IMG/VR virus record: IMGVR_UViG_3300046311_000202
Reading direction: 5' to 3' (one strand)
Length of the DNA stretch: 64,000 nucleotides
Source of the DNA: a virus
Taxonomy: Duplodnaviria > Heunggongvirae > Uroviricota > Caudoviricetes
Below, in pieces: positions 40,258-48,976 of this stretch (its first letter is position 1; each line of letters begins with the position of its first letter). A program made the position numbers and the translations under genes. The notes beneath the pieces are model-generated. The model saw nothing but the letters and a program-made list of their open reading frames with translations, had not been told where the DNA came from and did not search any database.

Positions 40258-40329
40258 AATTATAATATTTACTCTGCAAAGGTAAGCATAATTATAATAC
40301 CATGCAAACTTTTTTTAAATTATTTTTAT

Positions 40330-41400
40330 TTAATTTGATAAAGGGGCTTTAATAGTAGGGTGCGATTGATAGTTTTCAATCTTAAAAAAATCAGGTCTAA
40401 ACCTGTCTATCTTTTCACTAAATGATATATCTCCTACCAACTTTGCATCTGTTAGGTAATGGTATTCGTCTAGGTAAACAAGGCTTGGTAATTCAAACCC
40501 CTCTCTTCCAATTTGTTCTTTAGCTTGTTCAATATGATTTGAATACAAATGTACATCTCCAAGATTACCAATTAATTGGTCTGGGATCATATCTACTTCA
40601 TTTGCTATAATCTCTAATAGTAAACCATAAGAAGCAATGTTAAACGGTAACCCTAAAAATGTGTCTACTGAACGTTGGTTCCACATTAAAGAGATTGCTC
40701 TGGTTGGGATAGTATGCTCGTATTGGTTAAAATTAGAACCATCTATAGCTTCATATTTTTTAATATACAAATCAATTCTTTGTTCAAAACTCAACTTTCT
40801 TGTATAAACTTGAAACCCATAATGACAAGGTGGTAGAACCATTTGGTTCAATTCCCCAACATTCCAAGCATTGACCATTAATCGTCTTGAGTCTGGATTT
40901 ATTTTAAGGTCATTGATTAGGTTTTGGATTTGGTCTACTTCTACTTCACCTTCTTTATAACCCCATTCCAATATATCTTTTTGTTTCCACTTTCTCCATT
41001 GCTTACCATAAATTGGACCTAAATCACCCCACTTCTTAGCAAACTTATCATCGTTCTTTATCTTATCAATAAAATCAGTCATTGATAAAATCTTTTCAGG
41101 TTCATTACCAATCATTAATAATAGATAATTTTTATAAGCATCTCCATTCCAAATGTTACACCCATTATCAACCAAGTACTTAATATTTGTATCCCCACGT
41201 AAGAACCAAAGTAGCTCAGTTACAATTGTTTTCCAAGGCATTTTCTTAGTTGTAAGCAGAGGAAATCCCTCTGACATATTATGTCGTATTTGTCTTCCGA
41301 ATACTGAAATGGTTCCTGTACCTGTCCTGTCTTCTTTAACTACACCATTATCAATAATGTCTTGTAGTAATTCTGTATACTGTTTGTCTAACTTATTCAT
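40330..41400 (-). CDS. thyA: Thymidylate synthase of the ThyA family, with an insertion of about 30 aa
   Basis: Has DRTGTGT, ELLWFLRGDTN, DLGPIYGKQWR, NPDSRR, AWNVGEL..LPPCHYGFQ (the catalytic Cys), QRSVDTFLGLPFNIASY (Asn at the dUMP-specificity position) and GDVHLYSNH. Confidence 0.85.
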   Translation of the reverse strand: MNKLDKQYTELLQDIIDNGVVKEDRTGTGTISVFGRQIRHNMSEGFPLLTTKKMPWKTIVTELLWFLRGDTNIKYLVDNGCNIWNGDAYKNYLLLMIGNEPEKILSMTDFIDKIKNDDKFAKKWGDLGPIYGKQWRKWKQKDILEWGYKEGEVEVDQIQNLINDLKINPDSRRLMVNAWNVGELNQMVLPPCHYGFQVYTRKLSFEQRIDLYIKKYEAIDGSNFNQYEHTIPTRAISLMWNQRSVDTFLGLPFNIASYGLLLEIIANEVDMIPDQLIGNLGDVHLYSNHIEQAKEQIGREGFELPSLVYLDEYHYLTDAKLVGDISFSEKIDRFRPDFFKIENYQSHPTIKAPLSN

Positions 41401-41401
41401 C

Positions 41402-42100
41402 TTATTTTTCCCAATGATTATTATATTCTTCCCACCAAAATGTTAAGTCTTCTGTCTCGTTATCATAGTACTCACCAACAAAATCTGACTTAAATATTGA
41501 TCCAGAGTTTTCGTATAGTGCTAGTGTCTCTATCTTATTTACTATACCCATAGTATTTTTTAGATAGTCTATCATAAACTTATAGTTGGAGCCTCTTATA
41601 ACTCCGGCTTCCACCAACAGTATGTTTTTGTTATCTAGTTTGTATCGGTAAAGATCAAACAAAGCTTTTAACTCTACTAAATACCCATCGTCCCATGTTT
41701 GGTCTGGGTAAGGCACATCTACACTAAAACCATCGCAAATCTCTCCATCATGGGTCAAAGCGTGTCTTAGTATTTGACCAACTATACAAGAGTAGTCACC
41801 AGAAACTGATACAATTACTGTGTTACTTGCGTTAATACCTCTTTGCAAAAGTTGTCTACTAAGTTCGTAGATCAATATTGTCTCTTGCTTCTGGCTCACT
41901 TCAAAATTTTCTCTTTTCATCTTGTTTATTATTAACTCTTCTTCTTTGAACCACTCAAAGCTATCTGTATCTCCTATCTTAACTGCTATTGGATAATCTA
42001 TAGGCTCTAATTCTTGGTCGACTACCACTAACTTAAATTGGTTTAGATGTTCATAACTAGAGCCCTCTTTTACTTTAACCTCTGTTCCTTTTTCTATCAT
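41402..42100 (-). CDS. Hypothetical protein, possible phosphoribosyltransferase-like fold (NILLVEAGVIRGSN)
   Basis: Weak similarity to the PRPP-binding motif. Low confidence. Confidence 0.25.
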   Translation of the reverse strand: MIEKGTEVKVKEGSSYEHLNQFKLVVVDQELEPIDYPIAVKIGDTDSFEWFKEEELIINKMKRENFEVSQKQETILIYELSRQLLQRGINASNTVIVSVSGDYSCIVGQILRHALTHDGEICDGFSVDVPYPDQTWDDGYLVELKALFDLYRYKLDNKNILLVEAGVIRGSNYKFMIDYLKNTMGIVNKIETLALYENSGSIFKSDFVGEYYDNETEDLTFWWEEYNNHWEK

Positions 42101-42609
42101 AACTTGTTTATTAAAACTGAATATTCTACCGGTGTATAATTTACTACTTCACAAGATACATTTATATACCTAGGATCTAATATTTTAAATTTTGGATCTT
42201 CATAAATATCTAATACACTATTCTCATGAACATGCCCATGGATATTGTAGCTGTATCTATAATCTAGTTGGCTAGGATGTATAGGACAATGTGTCAATAT
42301 AGAATTCCCTTTGTAATCAATCATTCCGGCAACTTTATTTACATACTTAAGAAGCTCTCTAGCGTGCTGAGGCTCATCATGGTTACCAAGAACAACTGTC
42401 TTTTCCCCTTTCAGTTCTAGAAGTAGAGGATAGTCTCTGACTTTCTCCATAGTTACATCTCCAAGGATATAAACTAAATCCCTCTTGCTTATAACAGAGT
42501 TCCAGCACTTAATGATATGATTATTCATATCATCTGCACAGGTAAACCCCCTCTTTATAGCCATATTCTGGTGACCTAGATGTAGGTCTGATATAAAAAA
42601 TGTACTCAT
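42097..42609 (-). CDS. Calcineurin-like phosphoesterase or protein phosphatase
   Basis: Has DLHLGH, ILGDV, GNHDE and HGHVH motifs. Confidence 0.6.
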   Translation of the reverse strand: MSTFFISDLHLGHQNMAIKRGFTCADDMNNHIIKCWNSVISKRDLVYILGDVTMEKVRDYPLLLELKGEKTVVLGNHDEPQHARELLKYVNKVAGMIDYKGNSILTHCPIHPSQLDYRYSYNIHGHVHENSVLDIYEDPKFKILDPRYINVSCEVVNYTPVEYSVLINKL

Positions 42610-42806
42610 AACTTATTTCTTTGTTTAAATTCTTCGTCTAAGCACTGGTCTGGGCTATACACTTTGTTACACTTTCCACAAATGTGTGCCTCTCCGTCCT
42701 CAGTCCATTTATTTATGTACTCTCCCTCTTTTATATAAGGCTCGCATGTTTTACAATCGCATGCATTTTTAGTCCCACAGTGTGGGCAATGAAAGGCTCC
42801 CATCAT
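42606..42806 (-). CDS. Zn-ribbon protein (CPHCG...CDCKTC...CGKC)
   Basis: Has a Cys4 or Cys6 pattern. Confidence 0.45.
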   Translation of the reverse strand: MMGAFHCPHCGTKNACDCKTCEPYIKEGEYINKWTEDGEAHICGKCNKVYSPDQCLDEEFKQRNKL

Positions 42807-42973
42807 ATCTTATTTTTTTTAAATTGTTCTAATTCTATTTTATAAGCTTCTATAAGCTTACCGTTCTTAACAATAGTATCAGATAATAAACTCGGGTAGG
42901 TATTAGCTGTTGTTCTAACATCGTTTTTTAAATAGTCAATTAATATAGATATCTCTTTATCTCTTTCCATATC

Positions 42974-43183
42974 TTATTTGTTTTTAAGTGTTTCTTTGTC
43001 TATGTAATCAAGGACTTCCTTTATTGAAATTGCAACCTCATACTCTTCATCTTGTATTGCCTCTTGCTCTAACTCTAGGATATCCTCTTTTGATATTTCC
43101 CTTTTTTTATAGTGCTCAAGTAAAGTCTTAGTATTCTCTTTTACTGCACTTAAGGTTTTTAATTTCAATGTAAACTCTGCCAT
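42974..43183 (-). CDS. Hypothetical protein of 69 aa
   Basis: ORF. A further 55-aa ORF lies at about 42803-42970. Confidence 0.4.
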   Translation of the reverse strand: MAEFTLKLKTLSAVKENTKTLLEHYKKREISKEDILELEQEAIQDEEYEVAISIKEVLDYIDKETLKNK

Positions 43184-43186
43184 ATC

Positions 43187-43795
43187 TTACTTGTTATTTA
43201 TTTCTAATGAATTTGGGTAATATAATAATGTTGGGTTCTTCTTCTGAATGTCGATGTTTGGGAAAAGCTTGCTAAACGTTAGTGCATCAAACCTCTCAGT
43301 AATAAGATGATTCCCATTTTTAGTTGGAATTATAGAAATAATCTTGTCCCCAAAGGGTTTACAATTATGCTCTAAATGGGCTAACATTAAGGGGCTAATT
43401 ACCTTTTCATCAATATCAATAATCCACCTTTTCTCTTGTGTCTTAATCTGTCCTACAACTGAATCAAACAACCCTTTCTGATTATTATTTCCGTTTTGTA
43501 TACGTTGTGCTAGTGCAACCATCATATTCAGAGATACATCAAAATGGTTCTGCTTCTGTACGTGAATATAAGCCCGTGCTTTAAACATCTCACACAGTTG
43601 GACTATCTCATCATATCTTCTATCTAAGTGCTCTAGGCTCTCAATACAGTATGTTTTAATAGTACGCACTGATTGGTGGTTATCTCTTTCTCCTTCTGGC
43701 TGATCTTTCTTACGTTTAAAAACGTACAGCATGTAAAAGTCCCCCTTCTCTGAGAAGTTTAACAGAGGTTTTATTAGTTCTAAATTATTTATCAT
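43187..43795 (-). CDS. Hypothetical protein of 202 aa
   Basis: ORF. No domain recognised. Confidence 0.45.
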   Translation of the reverse strand: MINNLELIKPLLNFSEKGDFYMLYVFKRKKDQPEGERDNHQSVRTIKTYCIESLEHLDRRYDEIVQLCEMFKARAYIHVQKQNHFDVSLNMMVALAQRIQNGNNNQKGLFDSVVGQIKTQEKRWIIDIDEKVISPLMLAHLEHNCKPFGDKIISIIPTKNGNHLITERFDALTFSKLFPNIDIQKKNPTLLYYPNSLEINNK

Positions 43796-43800
43796 TTCTT

Positions 43801-44076
43801 CTAAGTTGTTCTAATTATTCTTCTTGCTTCGGCATCCGACTTACTTGCTCTTATTCTTTGTATCACTTCTGAGTTACCTATTTGTTCTTGTTGCCATTTA
43901 GCACCAAATTCTATGCAATCTAAAAAACTTAAACTTTCTTGTTTATATTTTTTTTCAATCCATTTTACAGCAGCTTCTTCAAGTGTTTCTTGTTTAAAAG
44001 ATTCTATTGCCTTATCAAGTTGGTCTATATTATTGTTTATAAACTCTACGTGTTGTTTAGGTTCTTCTTGTTTCAT
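43801..44076 (-). CDS. Hypothetical protein of 91 aa
   Basis: ORF. Confidence 0.4.
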   Translation of the reverse strand: MKQEEPKQHVEFINNNIDQLDKAIESFKQETLEEAAVKWIEKKYKQESLSFLDCIEFGAKWQQEQIGNSEVIQRIRASKSDAEARRIIRTT

Positions 44077-44079
44077 ACT

Positions 44080-44694
44080 TTACTTTAATAAAAATTTAAC
44101 AGGGTATTGGTAGTTACCCCCATGGTACTCCTTCATAACTTGTTCCCAATTACCGTACTTGTTGTATAGGTAGTTCAAGTAGGTTATCATAATGTCTACT
44201 TGTTTTTCTTCGTTAAATCTACCTCTTTTGCTAGTACCCTTTAACTTACACATCTCATTCCAAGTACCCTCTAAGAATTGGAATTGGCCTTTAGCTGTAG
44301 AGTGATCGTTCTTTGCATCTACATCAAACCTGCTCTCTTTATAAGATACCCACCAAACAAGTGTTGCAGGTATTTTAGCCTCTTCTATTTTATCTCTGTA
44401 CTTCAAAGACAGTCTTTTAAAGGTAGCATACTGATCTGCTGTAAGGCTAAAACCTATGTTACTCTTAAGATCTTCCACATAAGTTTCTTCTCTTAGGGGT
44501 GCCTTTATTAAAGCAATCCTTTTTTCTTTCTGCTTCACAACCTTCTCTAGGTGTTCTTTTTCTGTCACTAACTTCATAGCTGAAATAAGTGTGCCTCCAA
44601 GGGCTAATAGAAGTACAGTAGTTATCACTTTGTACTTTAATAGTTTGTAAGTTCTTTCAAAAAGTAAACTCTCATTGTTAAATTTGTATACCAT
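44080..44694 (-). CDS. Membrane-anchored lytic transglycosylase with an SLT domain, endolysin-like
   Basis: Has an N-terminal TM segment. WWVSYKESRFD (catalytic Glu-Ser) and AKGQFQF are SLT signatures. Confidence 0.55.
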   Translation of the reverse strand: MVYKFNNESLLFERTYKLLKYKVITTVLLLALGGTLISAMKLVTEKEHLEKVVKQKEKRIALIKAPLREETYVEDLKSNIGFSLTADQYATFKRLSLKYRDKIEEAKIPATLVWWVSYKESRFDVDAKNDHSTAKGQFQFLEGTWNEMCKLKGTSKRGRFNEEKQVDIMITYLNYLYNKYGNWEQVMKEYHGGNYQYPVKFLLK

Positions 44695-44710
44695 AATATT
44701 GTCTTTTTAA

Positions 44711-44989
44711 TTACACTAAATCTCCTTCTTTAATACTAAAATCATCACAGTAACCCTTACATAACTTAGACGGTCTCCAACCACAAGGAAATACTGTTTT
44801 TATTTGCTCTTGTCTGGTAAACAACTTTACTTCCTCGTTCTCAGGATCAACAGTGCCGGTAAGTTTATTAATAACACTAGGGCAGTTTTTACAAGGTACT
44901 TTATGTATCTCTTTATACCTGTTTGGGTACTTAAGTTCAACCTCTCTGTGGCTATCTAAACTTTTTTGTATTTTAGTTTTTAAATCCAT
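44711..44989 (-). CDS. Hypothetical Cys-containing protein of 92 aa
   Basis: ORF with a -7 box at 45016-45023. Confidence 0.4.
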   Translation of the reverse strand: MDLKTKIQKSLDSHREVELKYPNRYKEIHKVPCKNCPSVINKLTGTVDPENEEVKLFTRQEQIKTVFPCGWRPSKLCKGYCDDFSIKEGDLV

Positions 44990-45073
44990 AAGTTTAATGT
45001 TTTAATTCTACTATGCAAAATTACGTATAATATTTAACATGTGCAAGAAAAAGTTAAACTTTTTTTAACTCCA

Positions 45074-45108
45074 TAAAAAAACCCTCTATTTCTAGAGGGT
45101 CAAAAACA
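45074..45108 (-). terminator. Rho-independent terminator after nrdA (CCCTCTA-tttc-TAGAGGG, with a T-run on the minus strand)
   Basis: Perfect 7-bp hairpin flanked by A-runs on the plus strand. Confidence 0.6.
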
Positions 45109-45128
45109 AAAAAATAATAGAAAATTAA

Positions 45129-46775
45129 TTAGCCTTCACAGCTAGAACACTCCATAAGGTTTCTACTAACCTCTTGTGCCATATTAACACTTCTTTGGTA
45201 GTATAAAGTTTTAATTCCTAGGTTCCATGCTTCAAAAAACAAAGCATTCACATCTTTCAAAGATGTCTCAGGGTGTATCATTAAATTCAATGACTGACCT
45301 TGATCTATAAACTTCTGTCTCTGAGCAGCTTGTTGAACTATCTCTAGTTGGCTGATCTCTCCAAAAGTCTTGAATACAAACTTTTCTTTTTCGTCTAAGA
45401 TATCTAAGTGTTGTACAGAACCTCCTTTTAAAAGGATGCTGTTCCAAACCTCTGGTGTATCTTGATCTTTATCTTTTAATAACTTTTTTAAGTAAGGGTT
45501 TCTGTAAACAAACTTACCTTTGGCCAAATCTTTAATGAAATAGTTTGATTGTAATGGCTCAATACTAGGGCTAACTTGTCCTAGAATAAAAGAAGAACTA
45601 GTCGTAGGGGCAATTGCCAATCTAGTAGTAAATCTTTGTCCATAACCTTTTAACATTTCTGGCTCCCCAAACATAGTAGCCAACTGCATACTAGCAATTA
45701 AACTCTTATCATTGATAGTTCTGAAAATTTCAGCATTCAACATCTTAGCCTCTAGGCCCTCAAAAGGGATAAGCTTAGATTGTAATAAACTGTGCCATCC
45801 AAGAACTCCAATACCAATACTTCTGTGTTCTTTGGCGAACAATAAAGCTTTCTCCATAAAAGGGATACCGTCTGCTTTCTGAATGAACTCAGAGTAAACT
45901 GCATCTAAGAAATAAGCTAAAGTCTCTACTGCATCAGTCTCAACAATCTCGTCCCAATGTAACAAGTTAATAGAAGATAAACAACAAACAAAAGATTTGT
46001 GTTCATCTGTGTATTCTAAGATCTCTGTACACATCTGAGAGTGATTGATCTCCATACCTTTATCCTTATAAACTTTTGGCTTGTTATTGTTAACATTACC
46101 ACTAAAGAATATGTAAGGGAACCCTGACTCAGCTCTTTTTTGGTGGATCTTAGCTAAGATCTTTCTCTTGTCTTTATCTCCGGCCTCTGCTGACTCCATC
46201 CATTCATCTGGAATACAAACTCCTAGAGCAATGTTTTGGATAATATGACCTTCGTTTCTACATTGTAAGAACTCCTCGATATCTGGGTGATCCACAGGAA
46301 GATAAGCTGCAAAGTAACCTCTACGTGCTTGTCCTTGTGTAATAACATCTGTTGTAGTTTGGAAAGGTAGTAAAAAGCTAACTGCTCCATTAGATACACC
46401 ATTGTTCTTAATAGGGGCACCTCTACCTCTTAGCTTACCAAAGTATCCGGCAGTACCTCCACCCATCTTTGTTAAAGCACCAATCTCTGCTGTTGCTCTT
46501 AAAATATCCATGGTATCATCTTGAATGTCTATACCATAACATGAGATAGGTAAACCTCTATCTAAACCAAAGTTCATCCAAACCGGTGTAGCCAAAGAGT
46601 AGAAACCTCTACCCATATAGTCATAGAATTTGTCTGAAAATCCTTCAATACCTAGGATATTCTCTGCCGTATCAGCTATCTCTCTAATACGATCTTCGGG
46701 GGTAACACCCTCTAATAAATAATCTTTCTCTAGAAAAGTTCTTGAATCTTTGTTTAACCAACTAAAATCTCCCAT
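45129..46775 (-). CDS. nrdA: Ribonucleoside-diphosphate reductase alpha subunit, class I, short form without the ATP cone
   Basis: Has SQMCTEI (NxCxE) and FVCCLSSINL (CxxGSxNL-like) active-site motifs and a C-terminal CSSCEG Cys pair. Confidence 0.75.
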   Translation of the reverse strand: MGDFSWLNKDSRTFLEKDYLLEGVTPEDRIREIADTAENILGIEGFSDKFYDYMGRGFYSLATPVWMNFGLDRGLPISCYGIDIQDDTMDILRATAEIGALTKMGGGTAGYFGKLRGRGAPIKNNGVSNGAVSFLLPFQTTTDVITQGQARRGYFAAYLPVDHPDIEEFLQCRNEGHIIQNIALGVCIPDEWMESAEAGDKDKRKILAKIHQKRAESGFPYIFFSGNVNNNKPKVYKDKGMEINHSQMCTEILEYTDEHKSFVCCLSSINLLHWDEIVETDAVETLAYFLDAVYSEFIQKADGIPFMEKALLFAKEHRSIGIGVLGWHSLLQSKLIPFEGLEAKMLNAEIFRTINDKSLIASMQLATMFGEPEMLKGYGQRFTTRLAIAPTTSSSFILGQVSPSIEPLQSNYFIKDLAKGKFVYRNPYLKKLLKDKDQDTPEVWNSILLKGGSVQHLDILDEKEKFVFKTFGEISQLEIVQQAAQRQKFIDQGQSLNLMIHPETSLKDVNALFFEAWNLGIKTLYYQRSVNMAQEVSRNLMECSSCEG

Positions 46776-46776
46776 C

Positions 46777-47754
46777 TTAAAATAAATCGTCTTCGTTATA
46801 TGTTTTCATTTTCTTACTGTAATCAATAGGCTTCTTGTGAAAGAAGTCTGTCAAGGCACTTGCGTAAACCTCTTCTTCCATCCATAGTGTCTGCTCTTTA
46901 ATATCAGAGTCTACTGTGAAAGCCGGTTCCATTCCAATCTTTTGTAAAGCATCGTTTAATCTTATTTGAACGTAACCTTTTAATATTCTTGCTGATAAGA
47001 AATCATTTTCGTAACCCTCTAGGATCCAATCAATCAAATCTGACTCAGCTTTGTATGCCTCTAGAACTTCGCTTTGTATTTTTTGTATGAACTCTTCATC
47101 AAATAACTCTGGATGCTCTGCTCTAATTTGGTTTAATAATGCAATACCACCTTCTGCGTGTAAATTCTCTTCTTTTGAAGTGTATTGAACAACATTTGCT
47201 ACATCTTTCAAAACTCCTCTAAATCTGTTAAACCCTAGGATAGTGTAGAACTGTGAAAATAAAGCTGTGTACTCAGTAAACAAAGTGAATAGTACTAAAG
47301 AATAACAAATATTTTTGTGGTCATTCTTATAGATCTTGTTGATGTACTTAGTTAAATAAGCTACTCTACCTACAATTACCGGCTCTGTAAAAAGATCTTC
47401 AAACTGCTCTTCTAATCCTAGCTTAGACAAAATCTCCGCATAAGCTTTTGAGTGTACTACTTCTACTCCGCCAAACACTGCCCCCATGTCTGCTATCTCT
47501 GGCTTAGGTAACAGTTTACCTATACTCGACCAATAAGACTTAACTGCAACCTCTACTTGTGAGGTAAGTAGTATGGCTCTTTTAACTACTCCTTGTTCTT
47601 CCTCTGTTAACTTTGTCTTGTAGTCTTGAATGTCATTCAAGAAGTTAAACTCATTGTGTGTCCAATGACTAGACCACATTGCATTGATAAGTGGGTCTGT
47701 AATTCCGCTGTACTCAAACGGCTTGTAATTCTTTCTTTCTGTGAAGATACTCAT
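46777..47754 (-). CDS. nrdB: Ribonucleotide reductase beta subunit
   Basis: Ferritin-like E...H motifs (EVVHSKAY and EENLHAEGG). Located next to nrdA, with a -7 box at 47835-47842. Confidence 0.75.
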   Translation of the reverse strand: MSIFTERKNYKPFEYSGITDPLINAMWSSHWTHNEFNFLNDIQDYKTKLTEEEQGVVKRAILLTSQVEVAVKSYWSSIGKLLPKPEIADMGAVFGGVEVVHSKAYAEILSKLGLEEQFEDLFTEPVIVGRVAYLTKYINKIYKNDHKNICYSLVLFTLFTEYTALFSQFYTILGFNRFRGVLKDVANVVQYTSKEENLHAEGGIALLNQIRAEHPELFDEEFIQKIQSEVLEAYKAESDLIDWILEGYENDFLSARILKGYVQIRLNDALQKIGMEPAFTVDSDIKEQTLWMEEEVYASALTDFFHKKPIDYSKKMKTYNEDDLF

Positions 47755-47908
47755 TTTGATTTTTTTGTTTTTATTAATTATTAAAGGTAAAAAAAAGTAC
47801 CCCCTAATTAAAAGAGATACTTATTATTGAGGTGCAAAGATAATAAATTAATTCTGTAAAACAAAATTAGTTAAATCTTTTTTTCAATAAAATTTTTTTA
47901 ACTTTAGT

Positions 47909-47935
47909 AAAAGAGGAAGGAATCGAACCTTCGAT
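47909..47935 (-). ncRNA. tRNA 3' fragment: T-arm GAAGGTTCGATTCCTTC plus acceptor 3' strand, with no matching 5' half found
   Basis: Canonical T-arm read on the minus strand. No D arm, anticodon arm or acceptor 5' strand at the expected distance. Confidence 0.3.
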
Positions 47936-48110
47936 GTTAACTACATACTTAATCACTTACCATGCTTTACCTAGTATATTGGGCAGTAATATTAAGTCAT
48001 CATTAATCCCACTCACAGTTCAGGGGCGACCTTATCTGCTACTCTTCCATTTGATGTCTTTCCATCAGTCAACATTGTGAAATTCTGGGGCACGTTGCTC
48101 ATAACCATTG

Positions 48111-48213
48111 TTGTCAGGACAGGTCTCGAACCTGTATGAGATGGTCAAAGCTCTCGCTGCATCTTACGGGGAGTTTTGAGGACTCCTGCGTCTACCAATT
48201 CCGCCACCTGACA
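48111..48213 (-). tRNA. Type-II tRNA of 103 nt with a long variable arm. The anticodon loop CCUCAAA parses to anticodon UCA, which would be opal-suppressor or Sec-like. It has a Leu-like D-arm and A73.
   Basis: Acceptor TGTCAGG/CCTGACA pairs 7 of 7. D-arm GGCGGAATTGGTAGACGC. Anticodon stem GGAGT/ACTCC. T-arm ACAGGTTCGAGACCTGT. The variable arm is 34 nt and forms AGATG...CATCT. Confidence 0.5.
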
Positions 48214-48360
48214 ATTTTGATAGTCTTTCCTATCAGTCACTCGTTAGATTTTGCTCTCTGGACTATATGAGTTAGCCCCGTTAACCGTAAGCATTTCGGC
48301 CCGTCTGCAACTTAACATAAACCTGTGACGAGTATTCCTTATCGTTTATGCCTTGCTAAG

Positions 48361-48434
48361 TGGACCAAGTATGACTCGAACATACGACCTTTGCATTATG
48401 AGTGCACTGCTCTAACCAACTGAGCTATAAGTCC
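48361..48434 (-). tRNA. tRNA-Met (anticodon CAU), elongator or Ile2-like
   Basis: Acceptor GGACTTA/TTGGTCC pairs 6 of 7. D-arm GCTC-AGTTGGTTA-GAGC. Anticodon loop CTCATAA. T-arm GTATG-TTCGAGT-CATAC. No CCA encoded. Confidence 0.75.
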
Positions 48435-48437
48435 AAT

Positions 48438-48459
48438 TTAGGGGATTTCGCTCCCCTAA
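48438..48459. other. Perfect 8-bp hairpin TTAGGGGA-tttcgc-TCCCCTAA, 4 nt from the tRNA-Met 5' end
   Basis: Read directly. A similar hairpin (TGATAG...CTATCA, 48217-48238) abuts the 5' end of the type-II tRNA. Confidence 0.5.
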
Positions 48460-48730
48460 GGCGTGTTAGGCTGCAAATCTTTTTTGCACCCCACCAAGTG
48501 TGTAAACGTTGTCGTTTAGTTTTGAAATTAATTCTCCCTATTACCTACTTATTGCCAATCAATACCTGTCACCCCCATGACACCGGCTGTTTAAGGCACA
48601 ACCGATAAAGCCTAGGTCTCTGATTTCTCAGCGACTCCACCACCTTGTTTATAGTTCAAGGAAACTTTTGTGGAGGTGGGGGCATCGAAGCCCCGTCTTG
48701 TTCAATTTCAATAATATATCAACAAATCAT

Positions 48731-48891
48731 TTCGTGATTGAGACAGGGATCGAACCTGTAAATGTGAGAGTTCAACAGGCAATATCCTCTCTCACAGCAG
48801 TTGTGTACAAACTTCTTTGCCCTCCTTGCGTTTACCAAGACATTAGCTATCGGTAAAACCCTTAGCTAGTGCCATATTCCGCCACTCAATC
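48731..48891 (-). ncRNA. tRNA-like element. A canonical T-arm and acceptor 3' strand at 48731-48760 pair 7 of 7 with a tRNA-5'-half-like sequence 160 nt away, at 48865-48891.
   Basis: ACAGGTTCGATCCCTGT-CTCAATC-A. GATTGAG-T-GGCGGAATATGG resembles the 5' end of the type-II tRNA. The intervening region forms stems. Could not be resolved by hand. Confidence 0.25.
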
Positions 48892-48976
48892 ATTTCCCCC
48901 ATGTGGGGGCACTTGTCAAGGTCCGAGGTAGCGTGCTCAAGTCAACTGACTGAGCCTCGAATCTTAAATACTTTTA

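Noticed and set aside
40330-41400. ThyA homolog as a dUMP or dCMP hydroxymethylase, which would be the entry point to hypermodified DNA
   Set aside because: The protein aligns residue-for-residue with E. coli ThyA, including Asn177-equivalent dUMP specificity and the DRTGTGT, PCH and GDxHxYxNH blocks. Nothing visible argues against ordinary thymidylate synthase activity.
47909-47935. tRNA 3' fragment as a phage attP core, which would imply a temperate lifestyle
   Set aside because: No integrase, excisionase or repressor is recognisable in the window, and the overall organisation looks lytic. It is kept only as a tRNA-fragment observation.
48672-48695. T-arm-like sequence GGGGC-TTCGAT-GCCCC as a further tRNA
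   Set aside because: No complementary acceptor strands or D or anticodon arms at tRNA spacing. It is most simply a plain 5-bp hairpin.
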